From an uncultured Candidatus Saccharibacteria bacterium (GTDB lineage Bacteria > Patescibacteriota > Minisyncoccia > Phycocordibacterales > Phycocordibacteraceae), in the NCBI GenBank assembly GCA_964446735.1, contig CAYUQB010000001.1, positions 111,270 to 175,269 on the forward strand: a DNA stretch of 64,000 nucleotides, in the 5' to 3' direction. The position numbers and the translations under genes are program-made. The notes beneath the pieces were generated by a model. It saw only the letters and a list, made by a program, of their open reading frames with translations. It was not told where the DNA came from and did no database searches. Positions 1 through 9,450 of the stretch are shown one piece after another. The first letter of the stretch is position 1. Every line of letters starts with the position of its first letter.

Positions 1-8
1 ACAGGCAT

Positions 9-1040
9 TTAGGCAATAATACCACCACCGCGCACCTGGTCGCCCTCGTAGAAAACCAGAGACTGGCCATGTGCGACCGGCTCAGTAATGGGTACGAGTG
101 GAGTAAATACCCTATTGGACACCGTTCCTTCAACGTGCGGTCCGTGATACCGATACTGCGCGGTGAGAACCTCGGATGCCATAGGTTCGCGAAACCAGTT
201 GGTATCGGTAAGGGTAAGTGCAGTAGTCGGAAGCGAAATCGTTCGCTTCTTGCCAACGATCAGCACGTTATTGCGGAGATCCTTGCGTAGGACGTACCAT
301 GGCCCGGGCGGTGCATCAGCAAGTGCAATACGTTCACCAAGTGTCACCAGGAGTGCTCCGCGATGCTTACCAATTGTGCGGCCCTCTTCGTCAACCGCGC
401 TACCCGGCTCAACCCCGAACTGATTGGTAAGAAAATCATCCATCGACACAGGACCCAGAAAGCAAATTCCTTGGCTGTCTTTCTTTACTGCATTTGGAAG
501 TCCAAGCGTGCGTGCACGGGAACGCACTTCTGCCTTGTTCATTTCTCCAAGCGGAAAGCGGGTCATGGCGAGAGCCTCGGGTGATATCGCCCAGAGAAAA
601 TAGCTTTGGTCCTTGTCTGGATCGACTCCCCGAAACAGGTTTCCACCCTCGTGCCGTGCGTAATGGCCGGTGGCAATCAGATCGGCACCATGTTGTTTCG
701 CGAATTCATAAAACGCACCGAACTTTACATCGCGATTGCACATAATGTCGGGATTTGGTGTACGCCCCGCTCCATACTCGCGCACCAGGTACTCAATAAC
801 CGACTCCTTATAACTCTCCGATGCATCGAGCGTATGGAATGGGATACGAAGATGTGCCGCGACCCGCATCGCATCCTTACGATCCTCTGCCCAGGTACAG
901 GGAAGACCTTCTGGGTACCAGCCCTTAATGAATACCCCGACAACGTCAGCGCCTGCATGCTGGAGGAGTGCGGCCGTCACCGCGGAATCTACACCGCCTG
1001 AAAGTCCAACAAATATGCGTTTGCCGCGTACGTCCTGCAT
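9..1040 (-). CDS. mnmA: tRNA-specific 2-thiouridylase MnmA
   Basis: SGGVDS PP-loop, TPNPDIMCN, ATGHYA, KDQSYFL and DSQGICF motifs. Confidence 0.97.
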   Translation of the reverse strand: MQDVRGKRIFVGLSGGVDSAVTAALLQHAGADVVGVFIKGWYPEGLPCTWAEDRKDAMRVAAHLRIPFHTLDASESYKESVIEYLVREYGAGRTPNPDIMCNRDVKFGAFYEFAKQHGADLIATGHYARHEGGNLFRGVDPDKDQSYFLWAISPEALAMTRFPLGEMNKAEVRSRARTLGLPNAVKKDSQGICFLGPVSMDDFLTNQFGVEPGSAVDEEGRTIGKHRGALLVTLGERIALADAPPGPWYVLRKDLRNNVLIVGKKRTISLPTTALTLTDTNWFREPMASEVLTAQYRYHGPHVEGTVSNRVFTPLVPITEPVAHGQSLVFYEGDQVRGGGIIA

Positions 1041-1127
1041 GTCATTGGTATAGCATCCTTGACACTCCTTCGGTAGTTGTCATTATTGTAGTATCAGAAA
1101 CGCGAGATTCGGAAGGAGGTACGTTCT

Positions 1128-1427
1128 TTGCAAACCGCTTCGAACAGCTTCATCATTGTGCGTTTGGCTAAATCGCGTTCGCTCATGCTCTACGACCCCA
1201 ACGGCAAAGGCCTGCGGCAGACGAGCGACCGAGAGTTGCGCGGCATCGTCCGAGAGATCCAGGGCGTGGAGTGGGCGCTCTTCCCCCGGTACGGCAACTT
1301 CGGCATCCCGATCACGGGAGACGGTAGTCCGGCGTGCGAGAGCGATCTTGAGCTAGCTAAATCCTACGAGGATGTCGAGAGCTATGAACTCTCGTCAGAT
1401 CCTTTTCCTGAGGAAACGGCCCCATGA
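1128..1427 (+). CDS. hypothetical protein (orphan, SD-led)
   Basis: 99-aa ORF filling an intergenic gap; GGAAGGAGG upstream of TTG start; followed by a hairpin. Confidence 0.6.
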   Translation: MQTASNSFIIVRLAKSRSLMLYDPNGKGLRQTSDRELRGIVREIQGVEWALFPRYGNFGIPITGDGSPACESDLELAKSYEDVESYELSSDPFPEETAP

Positions 1428-1444
1428 TGGACGCGAAGCTCTGG

Positions 1445-1474
1445 GTGGCCGCGGACGGACGACTCCGCGGCCAC
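1445..1474. terminator. GC-rich hairpin between convergent genes
   Basis: GTGGCCGCGGA...TCCGCGGCCAC 11-bp inverted repeat. Confidence 0.6.
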
Positions 1475-1478
1475 TTAT

Positions 1479-2489
1479 CTATTGTAAATACGCTTTTTTG
1501 TTGGCAACATGCTCGGCAAATGTCTTTGCATAGTGCATACGCCCGTCAGTACCCGTGAGGTAGTAGAGGTAGGGAGATTCACGAGGCGTGAATGCTGCAC
1601 GTATTGATTCCTCTCCTGGGTTATTAATTGCCGTTGGCGGCAACCCTTTATACCGATACGTGTTATACGCCGAATCGCTCGCGAGATCCTTCGCGGTAGG
1701 CGTATACCCGGTCACGCCATGAATGTATCCGAATGTGGCGTCCACTTGAAGCGGCATGCCCAGTTGAATTCGCTTCCAGAGGATGCCAGCAATAATGCGT
1801 CTATCCTCAAGTGTCTTTCCTTCGGCTTCAAGTAGCGAAGCCATGATGATGACATCATGCTCCGATCTACCGAACTCGGTCAGTTCATCGCTATACCGAT
1901 CCATACGCGCTTCGTAGTTAGCCCGCATGATGTTCATGGCCTCCTCTTCCGTAGTGCTTGGGAGAAAGAAGTAGGTGTCCGGAAATAGATATCCCTCTGC
2001 GGGAAGTGCAATCGTACGGAATCGCTCTGCATCAAAGTTCGGTATCCGTTCTCCAAGCTGCACACTCATTTGTCGTACCGTGGTCCCTTCCGGGAACGTA
2101 AGTCGGTGCGTCGGCAACCCTGAAATCCCATGCGAGAGATTCCAAACGATTTCTACCACTCCCACCGGCTTCGTGAAGGCATATGCACCACTTTTGATAC
2201 CCTGATCCCCCGCTATCGCGCGAGCAACAATCTTGTACACCAACACTGAGTCAATGTATCCGGCAGCATGAAGCTGTTCACCGGCAGCCGTAATGCTTGT
2301 CTTATACGCAATGGTGATGGGAGTATCGACCGGAAAGTTAGACGTCGGCTTAATGAACACCCACCAGCTTGCGATGCCTATAGCAATAAGCACAACGCCT
2401 AGTGCGATGTACGCATACTGCAGACGCTCGAGGTGCATTGCGAGAGCCAGCCCGATGCCTCGTGCTCGATCACTAAGTGCTTCGTACAT
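1479..2489 (-). CDS. mltG: endolytic transglycosylase MltG (YceG family)
   Basis: N-terminal TM, EGYLFPDTY, MASLLEAE (catalytic Glu), LQVDAT, YNTY..GLPPTAI.NPG. Confidence 0.92.
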   Translation of the reverse strand: MYEALSDRARGIGLALAMHLERLQYAYIALGVVLIAIGIASWWVFIKPTSNFPVDTPITIAYKTSITAAGEQLHAAGYIDSVLVYKIVARAIAGDQGIKSGAYAFTKPVGVVEIVWNLSHGISGLPTHRLTFPEGTTVRQMSVQLGERIPNFDAERFRTIALPAEGYLFPDTYFFLPSTTEEEAMNIMRANYEARMDRYSDELTEFGRSEHDVIIMASLLEAEGKTLEDRRIIAGILWKRIQLGMPLQVDATFGYIHGVTGYTPTAKDLASDSAYNTYRYKGLPPTAINNPGEESIRAAFTPRESPYLYYLTGTDGRMHYAKTFAEHVANKKAYLQ

Positions 2490-2490
2490 G

Positions 2491-3852
2491 CTAGGTGGGC
2501 AGATTCGACGGCGCCTCGCTCGTTGACGACTGGATGCGCGGGAGCGACGGAGTGGTCACACCACTCGTTGGGATATGAAAGAGCGTCGCCAACTCCTCAG
2601 TGTTCATGACGAGCCAGGGCATCTTATACGGCTCGTTGAAGTACGAGCGTCTCCGGTATGAGTCAACGAGCCCGTGCGAAACGTGGCCACGATGGATACC
2701 CTTTGGGTCCTCCCACGGCCAGTCATCAAAGTTGGCATACCATCTCGTGATCGCTAGGCTGTTGGTGATTTCTGAAGAGAACGGCTTCCACAATCCGATA
2801 AGGTGACTCACCACGATTCCTTGGAATGCATCGCGAGGAGCAGTGTAGAGCGCACGAATGCCCACATCAAAGAGCGGTTTCGAAAGTTTGCGTTCAATAT
2901 CTTCCATTTGTTTCTGCTGCCCTTTAGAGAGCGGCGAGAAGCTTTCGCTCTCGTACGATTCCCCGCTTTTCGGATCAATCTGCTTGGTCTTGCGCATCGC
3001 GGCTGCGCGAATCTTATCAATCTCCTCGTTCTTCTCGTCCTTAATCCCATATTTACTACCCGACTTGGTTTTCATACCGGCATACTTCTCACCCTTAGAT
3101 ACACGTACCAGTATCTGAATCCAGAACTGCTCCTTGGGCGAAAGTGAGCCCATGAATTCAATGATCTGGGCAAGGGGATCGACCTGCTCCTCAGGCTTTG
3201 CAAGTGGAGACGTCGGATTCATGAACTCAGCGTAGGTGCGAAGTGGATATACGTCCTTACCAAGCGAAAACTTGTACTCTGTACCCCAAAGATCGAACGG
3301 CGGGTGTGATGGATCAACGAGAAGGCTGTAATCTGTTGCTTCCACGATTTCAACTTCCGGGTACTGTGCGTAGATGTAGCTCTCGACGCCGCGCCTAAAG
3401 CCTTTGCGGGTTCGCACATAGAGATGCACGCGCCCCCCGAGCGATACGATCTCAAACGACCACGAGGGGCGGACCGCACCTAGCACGATCCGCTTCCACC
3501 ACGTGGACTCACCGGGTGAGAGATGGAGCGCGGAGAATACCGCCTCCATCGCCAGAGGTGTTTTGCGTACCTCACGAGGAACCCGTATTTCAAGTAGTAC
3601 GTATTCCTGTCGAGCAATCCACGCTAACCGATTAGCTGCCATCCAACGAATAATGCCGAAATACCCGAGAAGGATTGGAAGCCAGATTGGCGAGATGAGC
3701 GCCAGGAGCTCAAAGTTCTTGAGCGTCTGATACGGTGCAATCGTGAGGAATGCGACGTTAGCTGCAATGAAGCAGTAGATGAAGGGACGCGCAGTGAGCA
3801 AAATACCTCGCTCGTGTGCAAAGTGCAGGGGGTCAAAGCCTCCAGATGACAT
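2491..3852 (-). CDS. membrane-anchored protein homologous to the N-terminal domain of the VirD4/HerA-like ATPase at 44132-46861
   Basis: Colinear shared motifs (LEI..P, AME, AQYP..E...DY, DPL, IQI..R, ERK, ELATLFH.P); start moved to the ATG just after TGCTATACT. Confidence 0.75.
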   Translation of the reverse strand: MSSGGFDPLHFAHERGILLTARPFIYCFIAANVAFLTIAPYQTLKNFELLALISPIWLPILLGYFGIIRWMAANRLAWIARQEYVLLEIRVPREVRKTPLAMEAVFSALHLSPGESTWWKRIVLGAVRPSWSFEIVSLGGRVHLYVRTRKGFRRGVESYIYAQYPEVEIVEATDYSLLVDPSHPPFDLWGTEYKFSLGKDVYPLRTYAEFMNPTSPLAKPEEQVDPLAQIIEFMGSLSPKEQFWIQILVRVSKGEKYAGMKTKSGSKYGIKDEKNEEIDKIRAAAMRKTKQIDPKSGESYESESFSPLSKGQQKQMEDIERKLSKPLFDVGIRALYTAPRDAFQGIVVSHLIGLWKPFSSEITNSLAITRWYANFDDWPWEDPKGIHRGHVSHGLVDSYRRRSYFNEPYKMPWLVMNTEELATLFHIPTSGVTTPSLPRIQSSTSEAPSNLPT

Positions 3853-3863
3853 GGAGAAAGTAT

Positions 3864-3898
3864 AGCAAAGGAGCCGCACGATATGCGGCTCCTGTGCT
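3864..3898. terminator. hairpin terminator
   Basis: AGCAAAGGAGCCGCA-CGATA-TGCGGCTCCTGTGCT. Confidence 0.55.
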
Positions 3899-3915
3899 GT
3901 TGATGCGGTGCGTAG

Positions 3916-4995
3916 TTACACCGTCGTGTACTTCCCTTCTTTGTTCTTCTTGAAGTACCGGGTGTCGTTGAGGTTCACCAGAATCGTATTGTCTTTCACG
4001 TAACGAACCTTCTTCACTGCCGTGATAACTTCGTCGCGGGTAAGCGCCTTTCCTTTCAGAACATCACGAATCACCTCGCGTACCACACCAGGCTGGAAAC
4101 CCCACTCGGCAAGTGCATAGAGTCCACGACCAACGAGGACAAATCGAGAGTCCTTGATCAGTTCGTTGTGCGTAGTTGCAACATGCGCTTTCTTTGAAAA
4201 CGTCTCGGTAATAGCTGCAGCAACATCGGAGAAGTGCATTGGCTCGCCCTTCTTCTTGATGACGAGATACGCGTAGTCGCGGATACCCTTCGTGCGGATG
4301 GCAGGTGCCTGTGCCTTACCCCACTCGGAAAGTGGGTTGCTTGCGATTGATTTGGAGAGCGAAAGCCACCGCTTGAGAATTTCTTCATTGCGGTATGCGG
4401 CATTCACTTCCTTCAATTCCTCAAGGAAGCGATTGATGATCTCTCCTTCCGGAAGCACTTCAGCGTCATCGAGTGTTGCATAGAGACGGGTGAGTGCCGA
4501 GTGGACCATATCGGCGGTGCGATGATCCACATGCCACCTAGCATAGAACTCATCGGTTTCGCGTTCGCGGAAAAAGGCACTTCCGACAACCAGGAGGAAG
4601 CGGATACGATTACGGCTCTTCTCATCGATCGCAAGACCGGAAAGGAGTGCGTCTTCAGGAATCACAGAGCCCTGGGCCTCGATGTATGCACGCAGCTCTT
4701 CAAACGAACCTTCGGAATCATGAAAAGCGCGGGAATGGCGAATGGCCTCAATACCGGAAGCCTCGATCTGACGGACGCGTTCGCGGGTAATACCCCAGCG
4801 CTCACCGATTGCCTCAAGCGTGTCGCGTTCGCTTGCGGAGCCAAGTCCGAATCGGTACACGAGAACCTCGCGCGCACGCTCTGGTACTTCAGCCAGAAGC
4901 TTCTTTACGAGCCCCGCGGTATCGAACGACAGCTTAGCCGGCTGCTTTTTGGAAGCCGTCTGAGAAGCCTTGGATTTGACTACCTTTTTCGCCAT
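3916..4995 (-). CDS. sigma-70 region 4 HTH + HARE-HTH domain protein
   Basis: TLEAIGERWGITRERVRQIE (region 4.2); C-terminal PMHFSDVA...HNELIKDSRFVLVGRGLYALAEW. Confidence 0.8.
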   Translation of the reverse strand: MAKKVVKSKASQTASKKQPAKLSFDTAGLVKKLLAEVPERAREVLVYRFGLGSASERDTLEAIGERWGITRERVRQIEASGIEAIRHSRAFHDSEGSFEELRAYIEAQGSVIPEDALLSGLAIDEKSRNRIRFLLVVGSAFFRERETDEFYARWHVDHRTADMVHSALTRLYATLDDAEVLPEGEIINRFLEELKEVNAAYRNEEILKRWLSLSKSIASNPLSEWGKAQAPAIRTKGIRDYAYLVIKKKGEPMHFSDVAAAITETFSKKAHVATTHNELIKDSRFVLVGRGLYALAEWGFQPGVVREVIRDVLKGKALTRDEVITAVKKVRYVKDNTILVNLNDTRYFKKNKEGKYTTV

Positions 4996-5058
4996 ATTTC
5001 GCAATGATTAATGTGTTATAGTTATATCAAATAGAGTCAAAACCGTCAAATCTGTGGA

Positions 5059-7902
5059 TTACACCACAAGGTTAAGGACTCGTCCGGGCACATAAATGAC
5101 CCGCGCAGGCTCCTTACCACCAAGTGCGGCCGTGACCGCCGGGACGGTACGCATAGCTTCGAGAGCCGCTGCCTCATCGGCGTCAGGAGAAAGAAGCACT
5201 TCTCCTCGCTTTTTCCCGTTTACCTGAACCGGAACCGATACTTCACTCTGCTGTATGAGAGCCGGGTCGTAGCTTGGCCACGAAGAGAGATGAATGGAAT
5301 CACCCTCTCCACAGGCCTGCCACAATTCTTCGGTGATATGTGGCGCAAAGGGTGCCAATACTTGGAGAAACCGCTTCCACTGATCACGACCGATGCTCCG
5401 TGCTTCTTCGAGGGCGTTCAGGAAGACCATGCACTGACTCACTGCAGTATTAAACTTAAAGGCTTCAATGTCGTCAGTCACCTTTTTAATTGTTTGCTGG
5501 AGTGTCGACTCAAGACTGGGCGTATCGGTATCTACCACCAGCTCCTGTGCTCGCCAGATACGGTCTACGAACCGAGAGGTGCCGGCAATAGATGCAGTCG
5601 ACCAGGCGACAGTATTTTCAAAGGGGCCCATAAACATTTCATAGAGGCGGAAGGCATCTGCTCCATACTCCATAACTACATCATCCGGATTGATGACATT
5701 ACCGTACCGTTTACTCATCTTCCTTCCATCCTCGGCAAGAATGAAGCCGAGGAATTCCAAACGCTTGAAAGGCTCGCTCGTCGTGACAACCGCGATGTCA
5801 TATAGAAACTTATGCCAAAACCGAGCATAGATTAGATGGCGAACGGCATGATCTCCACCAACATACACATCAACCGGTGCCCAATGCGTTTCGCTCTTGC
5901 GAGAGACTGGTTCATGCTCGTTATGCGGATCCATAAACCGGAGGTAGTACCAGGATGAACCCGCCCACTGCGGCATGGTATTCGTCTCACGCGTTGCCGG
6001 ACCACCACACTTAGGACACGTGGTGTTCACCCACTCGGAAATACCTGCAAGCGGTGACTCGCCCGTTCCAGTCGGCTCGTAATGATCGACATCAGGAAGT
6101 CGTACCGGCAGATCCTCGTACGGGACTGGTACTACACCATCAGTCGAACAATGAATAAGGGGAATGGGCTCTCCCCAGTATCGTTGTCGCGAAAATATCC
6201 AGTCCTTGAGTTTGTAGGCTGTAGTGCGCCGGGCAAGCCCGTGTTCCTCGCAGTAGTTGATGATCTCCTGTCGTACGTGGGTTGCAATCTTGCCGGCAAA
6301 TTCCGTCGGCTCAGTAAGAATGCCGTTCGCCATATCGGTCCACGGTGTTGGCGCCTGGAAGCGCTTCCATACGAAACGCTGAAGGGGAGCAGTGAGGATA
6401 GTCTCAAGTTCTTCTCCCGAGACCCAGCGCATCGTGTGCTTACTGTTCTCGCTTTCCTCTATGACTGCCTGCTCATCATTCTCAAGTTCAAAGTAAAGCG
6501 CTTGGAAATGACCGAATCGGTTTTCCCCTTTCGGTGGATGATAGAACTGGCTGTGGGACATACCAAGTTCCCGAATGAACGTAGGATTCAGATACCCGGT
6601 TTCCTCTCGTATTTCGGCGACTGCTGCCTCAACCGCGGTCTGCCCCTCTTCGATGCCGCCCGTGATCATGGTGGTCCATGCCACCTTTTTCCAGTCCAAA
6701 ACCAAATACTTCTCTTCACTCCAGTGCTTTACAAGTGCGGTAATGGCATTCCGTTCAACAAACGGAAGTTCTGGACGTACCCTGTCCTCACCGCTGGTTG
6801 CAACAAAGAGTGGTTCAAGCACCTCCTTGAGAGGAATACCGAACTTATGTGCAAACGCAAAGTCTCGCTCGTCATGAGCCGAGCATTTCACAATACCGGT
6901 GCCATAGTCCGCGAGTGCGTAACTGGCGACCCAAATGGGAAGCTCTCCGTTCCCTACCGGATCGACGGTGTAGCGACCGGTGAAGATGCCGTCAATATCT
7001 TTCGTCCCCTCATACCCCGCTCGCGCTCGTGCCTCAACCATATCCTTGGCCTTCGCGAGTACCTTCTGCTCAGTCGGCGTCCCCGCGACTAGTTCAGGAA
7101 GTCGAGGATGATCTGGGGCAATAACTACAAACGTGTCTGCACGGAATGCTTCAAAGTGTGCCGAGAACGTTTCAAGAACGATGTCGGTATCTTTTACGGG
7201 CGAGCTGAAGATAAGCCCTTCCGAGCGACCAATCCAGTTCCGCTGCGCTTCTTTGATATGTTCTGGCCATTCAAGTGAATCAAGGTCGGATAGGAGTCGA
7301 TCCGCGTACGCTGTGATTTTTAGCACCCATTGAGGCAGTGCTCGCTTTTCTACTTTTGTGCCGCACCGTTCGCAGACATCTCCATCGAGGTCTTCGTTCG
7401 CAAGACCCGTCATGCAGGACGGACACCAGTTGATGGGTTCATTGCTTTGATAGACGAGGCCATGCTCGAACATCTTGAGGAAAATCCATTGGGTCCAGCG
7501 ATAGTAGTCAGGATCGGTGGTGTTGATCTCTCGTGACCAGTCGTAATCAAAACCAATGTGCGCAAGCTGCTCCTTGAAATGAGCGATGTTACGCTCCACG
7601 GCCTCACGAGGGTGCACTTTGTGCTTGAGCGCGAAGTTCTCCGCAGGAAGACCGAACGCATCCCACCCCATGGGATGCAAAACTGAACGACCTCGCATAC
7701 GCATAAGGCGCGAGTAGATATCTGTCGCTATATAGCCCTTTGGATGCCCTACATGCAGTCCCTCACCGGACGGATACGGGAACATATCAAGCACATAGGC
7801 TTTCTCTTTATTCGGATCATCACTGGCAGCGTAGATTTTGTCAGCAGACCATTTCTCCTGCCATTTCCGTTCTACTGCTTTGTGGTCGTATCGCTCTGCC
7901 AT
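5059..7902 (-). CDS. leuS: leucine--tRNA ligase with Nudix-domain insertion
   Basis: MFPYPSG, HVGH (HIGH motif), KMSKR, SRQRYWGEPIP; internal Nudix box GGIEEGQTAVEAAVAEIREETGY. Confidence 0.97.
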   Translation of the reverse strand: MAERYDHKAVERKWQEKWSADKIYAASDDPNKEKAYVLDMFPYPSGEGLHVGHPKGYIATDIYSRLMRMRGRSVLHPMGWDAFGLPAENFALKHKVHPREAVERNIAHFKEQLAHIGFDYDWSREINTTDPDYYRWTQWIFLKMFEHGLVYQSNEPINWCPSCMTGLANEDLDGDVCERCGTKVEKRALPQWVLKITAYADRLLSDLDSLEWPEHIKEAQRNWIGRSEGLIFSSPVKDTDIVLETFSAHFEAFRADTFVVIAPDHPRLPELVAGTPTEQKVLAKAKDMVEARARAGYEGTKDIDGIFTGRYTVDPVGNGELPIWVASYALADYGTGIVKCSAHDERDFAFAHKFGIPLKEVLEPLFVATSGEDRVRPELPFVERNAITALVKHWSEEKYLVLDWKKVAWTTMITGGIEEGQTAVEAAVAEIREETGYLNPTFIRELGMSHSQFYHPPKGENRFGHFQALYFELENDEQAVIEESENSKHTMRWVSGEELETILTAPLQRFVWKRFQAPTPWTDMANGILTEPTEFAGKIATHVRQEIINYCEEHGLARRTTAYKLKDWIFSRQRYWGEPIPLIHCSTDGVVPVPYEDLPVRLPDVDHYEPTGTGESPLAGISEWVNTTCPKCGGPATRETNTMPQWAGSSWYYLRFMDPHNEHEPVSRKSETHWAPVDVYVGGDHAVRHLIYARFWHKFLYDIAVVTTSEPFKRLEFLGFILAEDGRKMSKRYGNVINPDDVVMEYGADAFRLYEMFMGPFENTVAWSTASIAGTSRFVDRIWRAQELVVDTDTPSLESTLQQTIKKVTDDIEAFKFNTAVSQCMVFLNALEEARSIGRDQWKRFLQVLAPFAPHITEELWQACGEGDSIHLSSWPSYDPALIQQSEVSVPVQVNGKKRGEVLLSPDADEAAALEAMRTVPAVTAALGGKEPARVIYVPGRVLNLVV

Positions 7903-7908
7903 GAGGCT

Positions 7909-8907
7909 CTAGAGCGGCATGGGCTTGCCTGGGAAATCGCGCAGCGGAGGATACTTATCTGGATCAATGGTGCGGTCAAAGCAGACCATACCTGCGTCAT
8001 GCTTCCAGCTACCACCCCCTACAATCCCAAATTCAGAAGGGTATGCGACATCGCGTCCATAGCCTCCCTTTCCTTCCATGTCAGGAGTCGCAGCATTGAA
8101 TGTTGTGCAGAGTTTGAATGAAAGATTTCCCGTTTTCTCATAGGTGTAGGCGGCTTTCGTTTCCGGGTCAGTCGGCACGACATACCCCGAGAGTGCGTCT
8201 GTGAGTTCCTCAAGACTAGTCGGAAGTACCTGCTTCTGCTGGTAGTAATAGACAACCTGAGATTGGATGCCTTGGAGATCACTCGTCTTCTGCGAATCGA
8301 AACGCAGATCACGCATGTGCGAAGGAGTTCCAATGATGAAGAAACCGGCAGCGATCGTGGCGAGCGTAAGTACGCCAACGCCAATACCAATCATGTTCGC
8401 TTTCTTTGCATGTGCGATCCAATAGCCCTTGAGATCCGCTAGGAAGTGGAGGAATACTCCTGCGGCAACCAGTAGCACCACCAGTACCTTGAGACCGAAT
8501 CGGACAGTGATTTCCCCACCCAGGAACGTGTTCGTGAGCGTCACCAAGTCGACGAGAATAGTAACGGTAGCAATGAAAAGCGTGAGTACCAGTGCCCAGC
8601 GGCGTACCCAGATCGTTGCCTTACCGGGTTCTGCAACGATCGAGCCACGAATGAGATGGAGGCAGACGAGCGTCGTGGGCACCAACACAATGAGAGCGGC
8701 CATTGAGAAGCGCACTGCACCACCATACGGATCACCATAATAGGCGAGCGGATCCGGAAACGAATAATTGATGTACTCAAATACGAGTGCGAGGAACGAG
8801 CTGATACTTCCGTAGAGCGCAATGACCGTAAGGAGCCAGAGGAAGAAGTCTTTTGGCGAAGTTTTCGATACAGGAGCAACGGGTGCTGGAGCGGGTGTGG
8901 TGTCCAT
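7909..8907 (-). CDS. multi-pass membrane protein (DUF5671-like)
   Basis: About 5 TM helices, PKDFFL.L N-terminus, C-terminal soluble domain with a Cys pair; ATG follows TGGTATAAT. Confidence 0.7.
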   Translation of the reverse strand: MDTTPAPAPVAPVSKTSPKDFFLWLLTVIALYGSISSFLALVFEYINYSFPDPLAYYGDPYGGAVRFSMAALIVLVPTTLVCLHLIRGSIVAEPGKATIWVRRWALVLTLFIATVTILVDLVTLTNTFLGGEITVRFGLKVLVVLLVAAGVFLHFLADLKGYWIAHAKKANMIGIGVGVLTLATIAAGFFIIGTPSHMRDLRFDSQKTSDLQGIQSQVVYYYQQKQVLPTSLEELTDALSGYVVPTDPETKAAYTYEKTGNLSFKLCTTFNAATPDMEGKGGYGRDVAYPSEFGIVGGGSWKHDAGMVCFDRTIDPDKYPPLRDFPGKPMPL

Positions 8908-8933
8908 ATGCGCGGAATTATACCACAAAACCT

Positions 8934-9434
8934 CTACATCTTGCGGTATATGGCGGTGTGGCCGATGGTGCCCTCGAACAGCTTCTCGAACCCAGGAAAT
9001 TCAGGAAGTTTATTGCCCGCGTAGTTGAGATAAAAAATACCTCCTGTCTTGAGAACGCGTGCAATCTCATTGATCATCGCGTCCTGATTCTGTTGATACA
9101 CACTGGTATCGAACGTCCCAACGGAGGTGACGTAATCAAATGTCTCATCCCTAAAAGGCAGTTGCTCTACATGTGCTGCAACTTGGTTTGAAAAGTTGTT
9201 CCGAGGTTCTCGATCGACCCCGATCATATCGATTCCCTGTGTGCGTGCGTACTCAATGAGCGCACCTTTCCCTGAACCAATATCAAGAAACTTACCCTCT
9301 GGATTCAGTTCAAGTCCGGCTTGAGTCAGCTGTATTTTGAACAGATTGAGCATATCTTCCGCTTCCAAATCGGTACGGGTGAGATCCTCCCATTTTCTCT
9401 CCGGAGAAGACCAGCTCTTCCGTTCAATACTCAT
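8934..9434 (-). CDS. class I SAM-dependent methyltransferase
   Basis: FLDIGSGKG motif I, LPFRDETFDYV, EIARVLKTGG. Confidence 0.85.
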   Translation of the reverse strand: MSIERKSWSSPERKWEDLTRTDLEAEDMLNLFKIQLTQAGLELNPEGKFLDIGSGKGALIEYARTQGIDMIGVDREPRNNFSNQVAAHVEQLPFRDETFDYVTSVGTFDTSVYQQNQDAMINEIARVLKTGGIFYLNYAGNKLPEFPGFEKLFEGTIGHTAIYRKM

Positions 9435-9450
9435 GGAGAAAGTATAGCGG

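Noticed and set aside
6082-7092. 336-aa plus-strand ORF
   Set aside because: Antisense shadow of leuS with no recognisable motifs; the same applies to shadow ORFs over the atp, uvr and other core genes.
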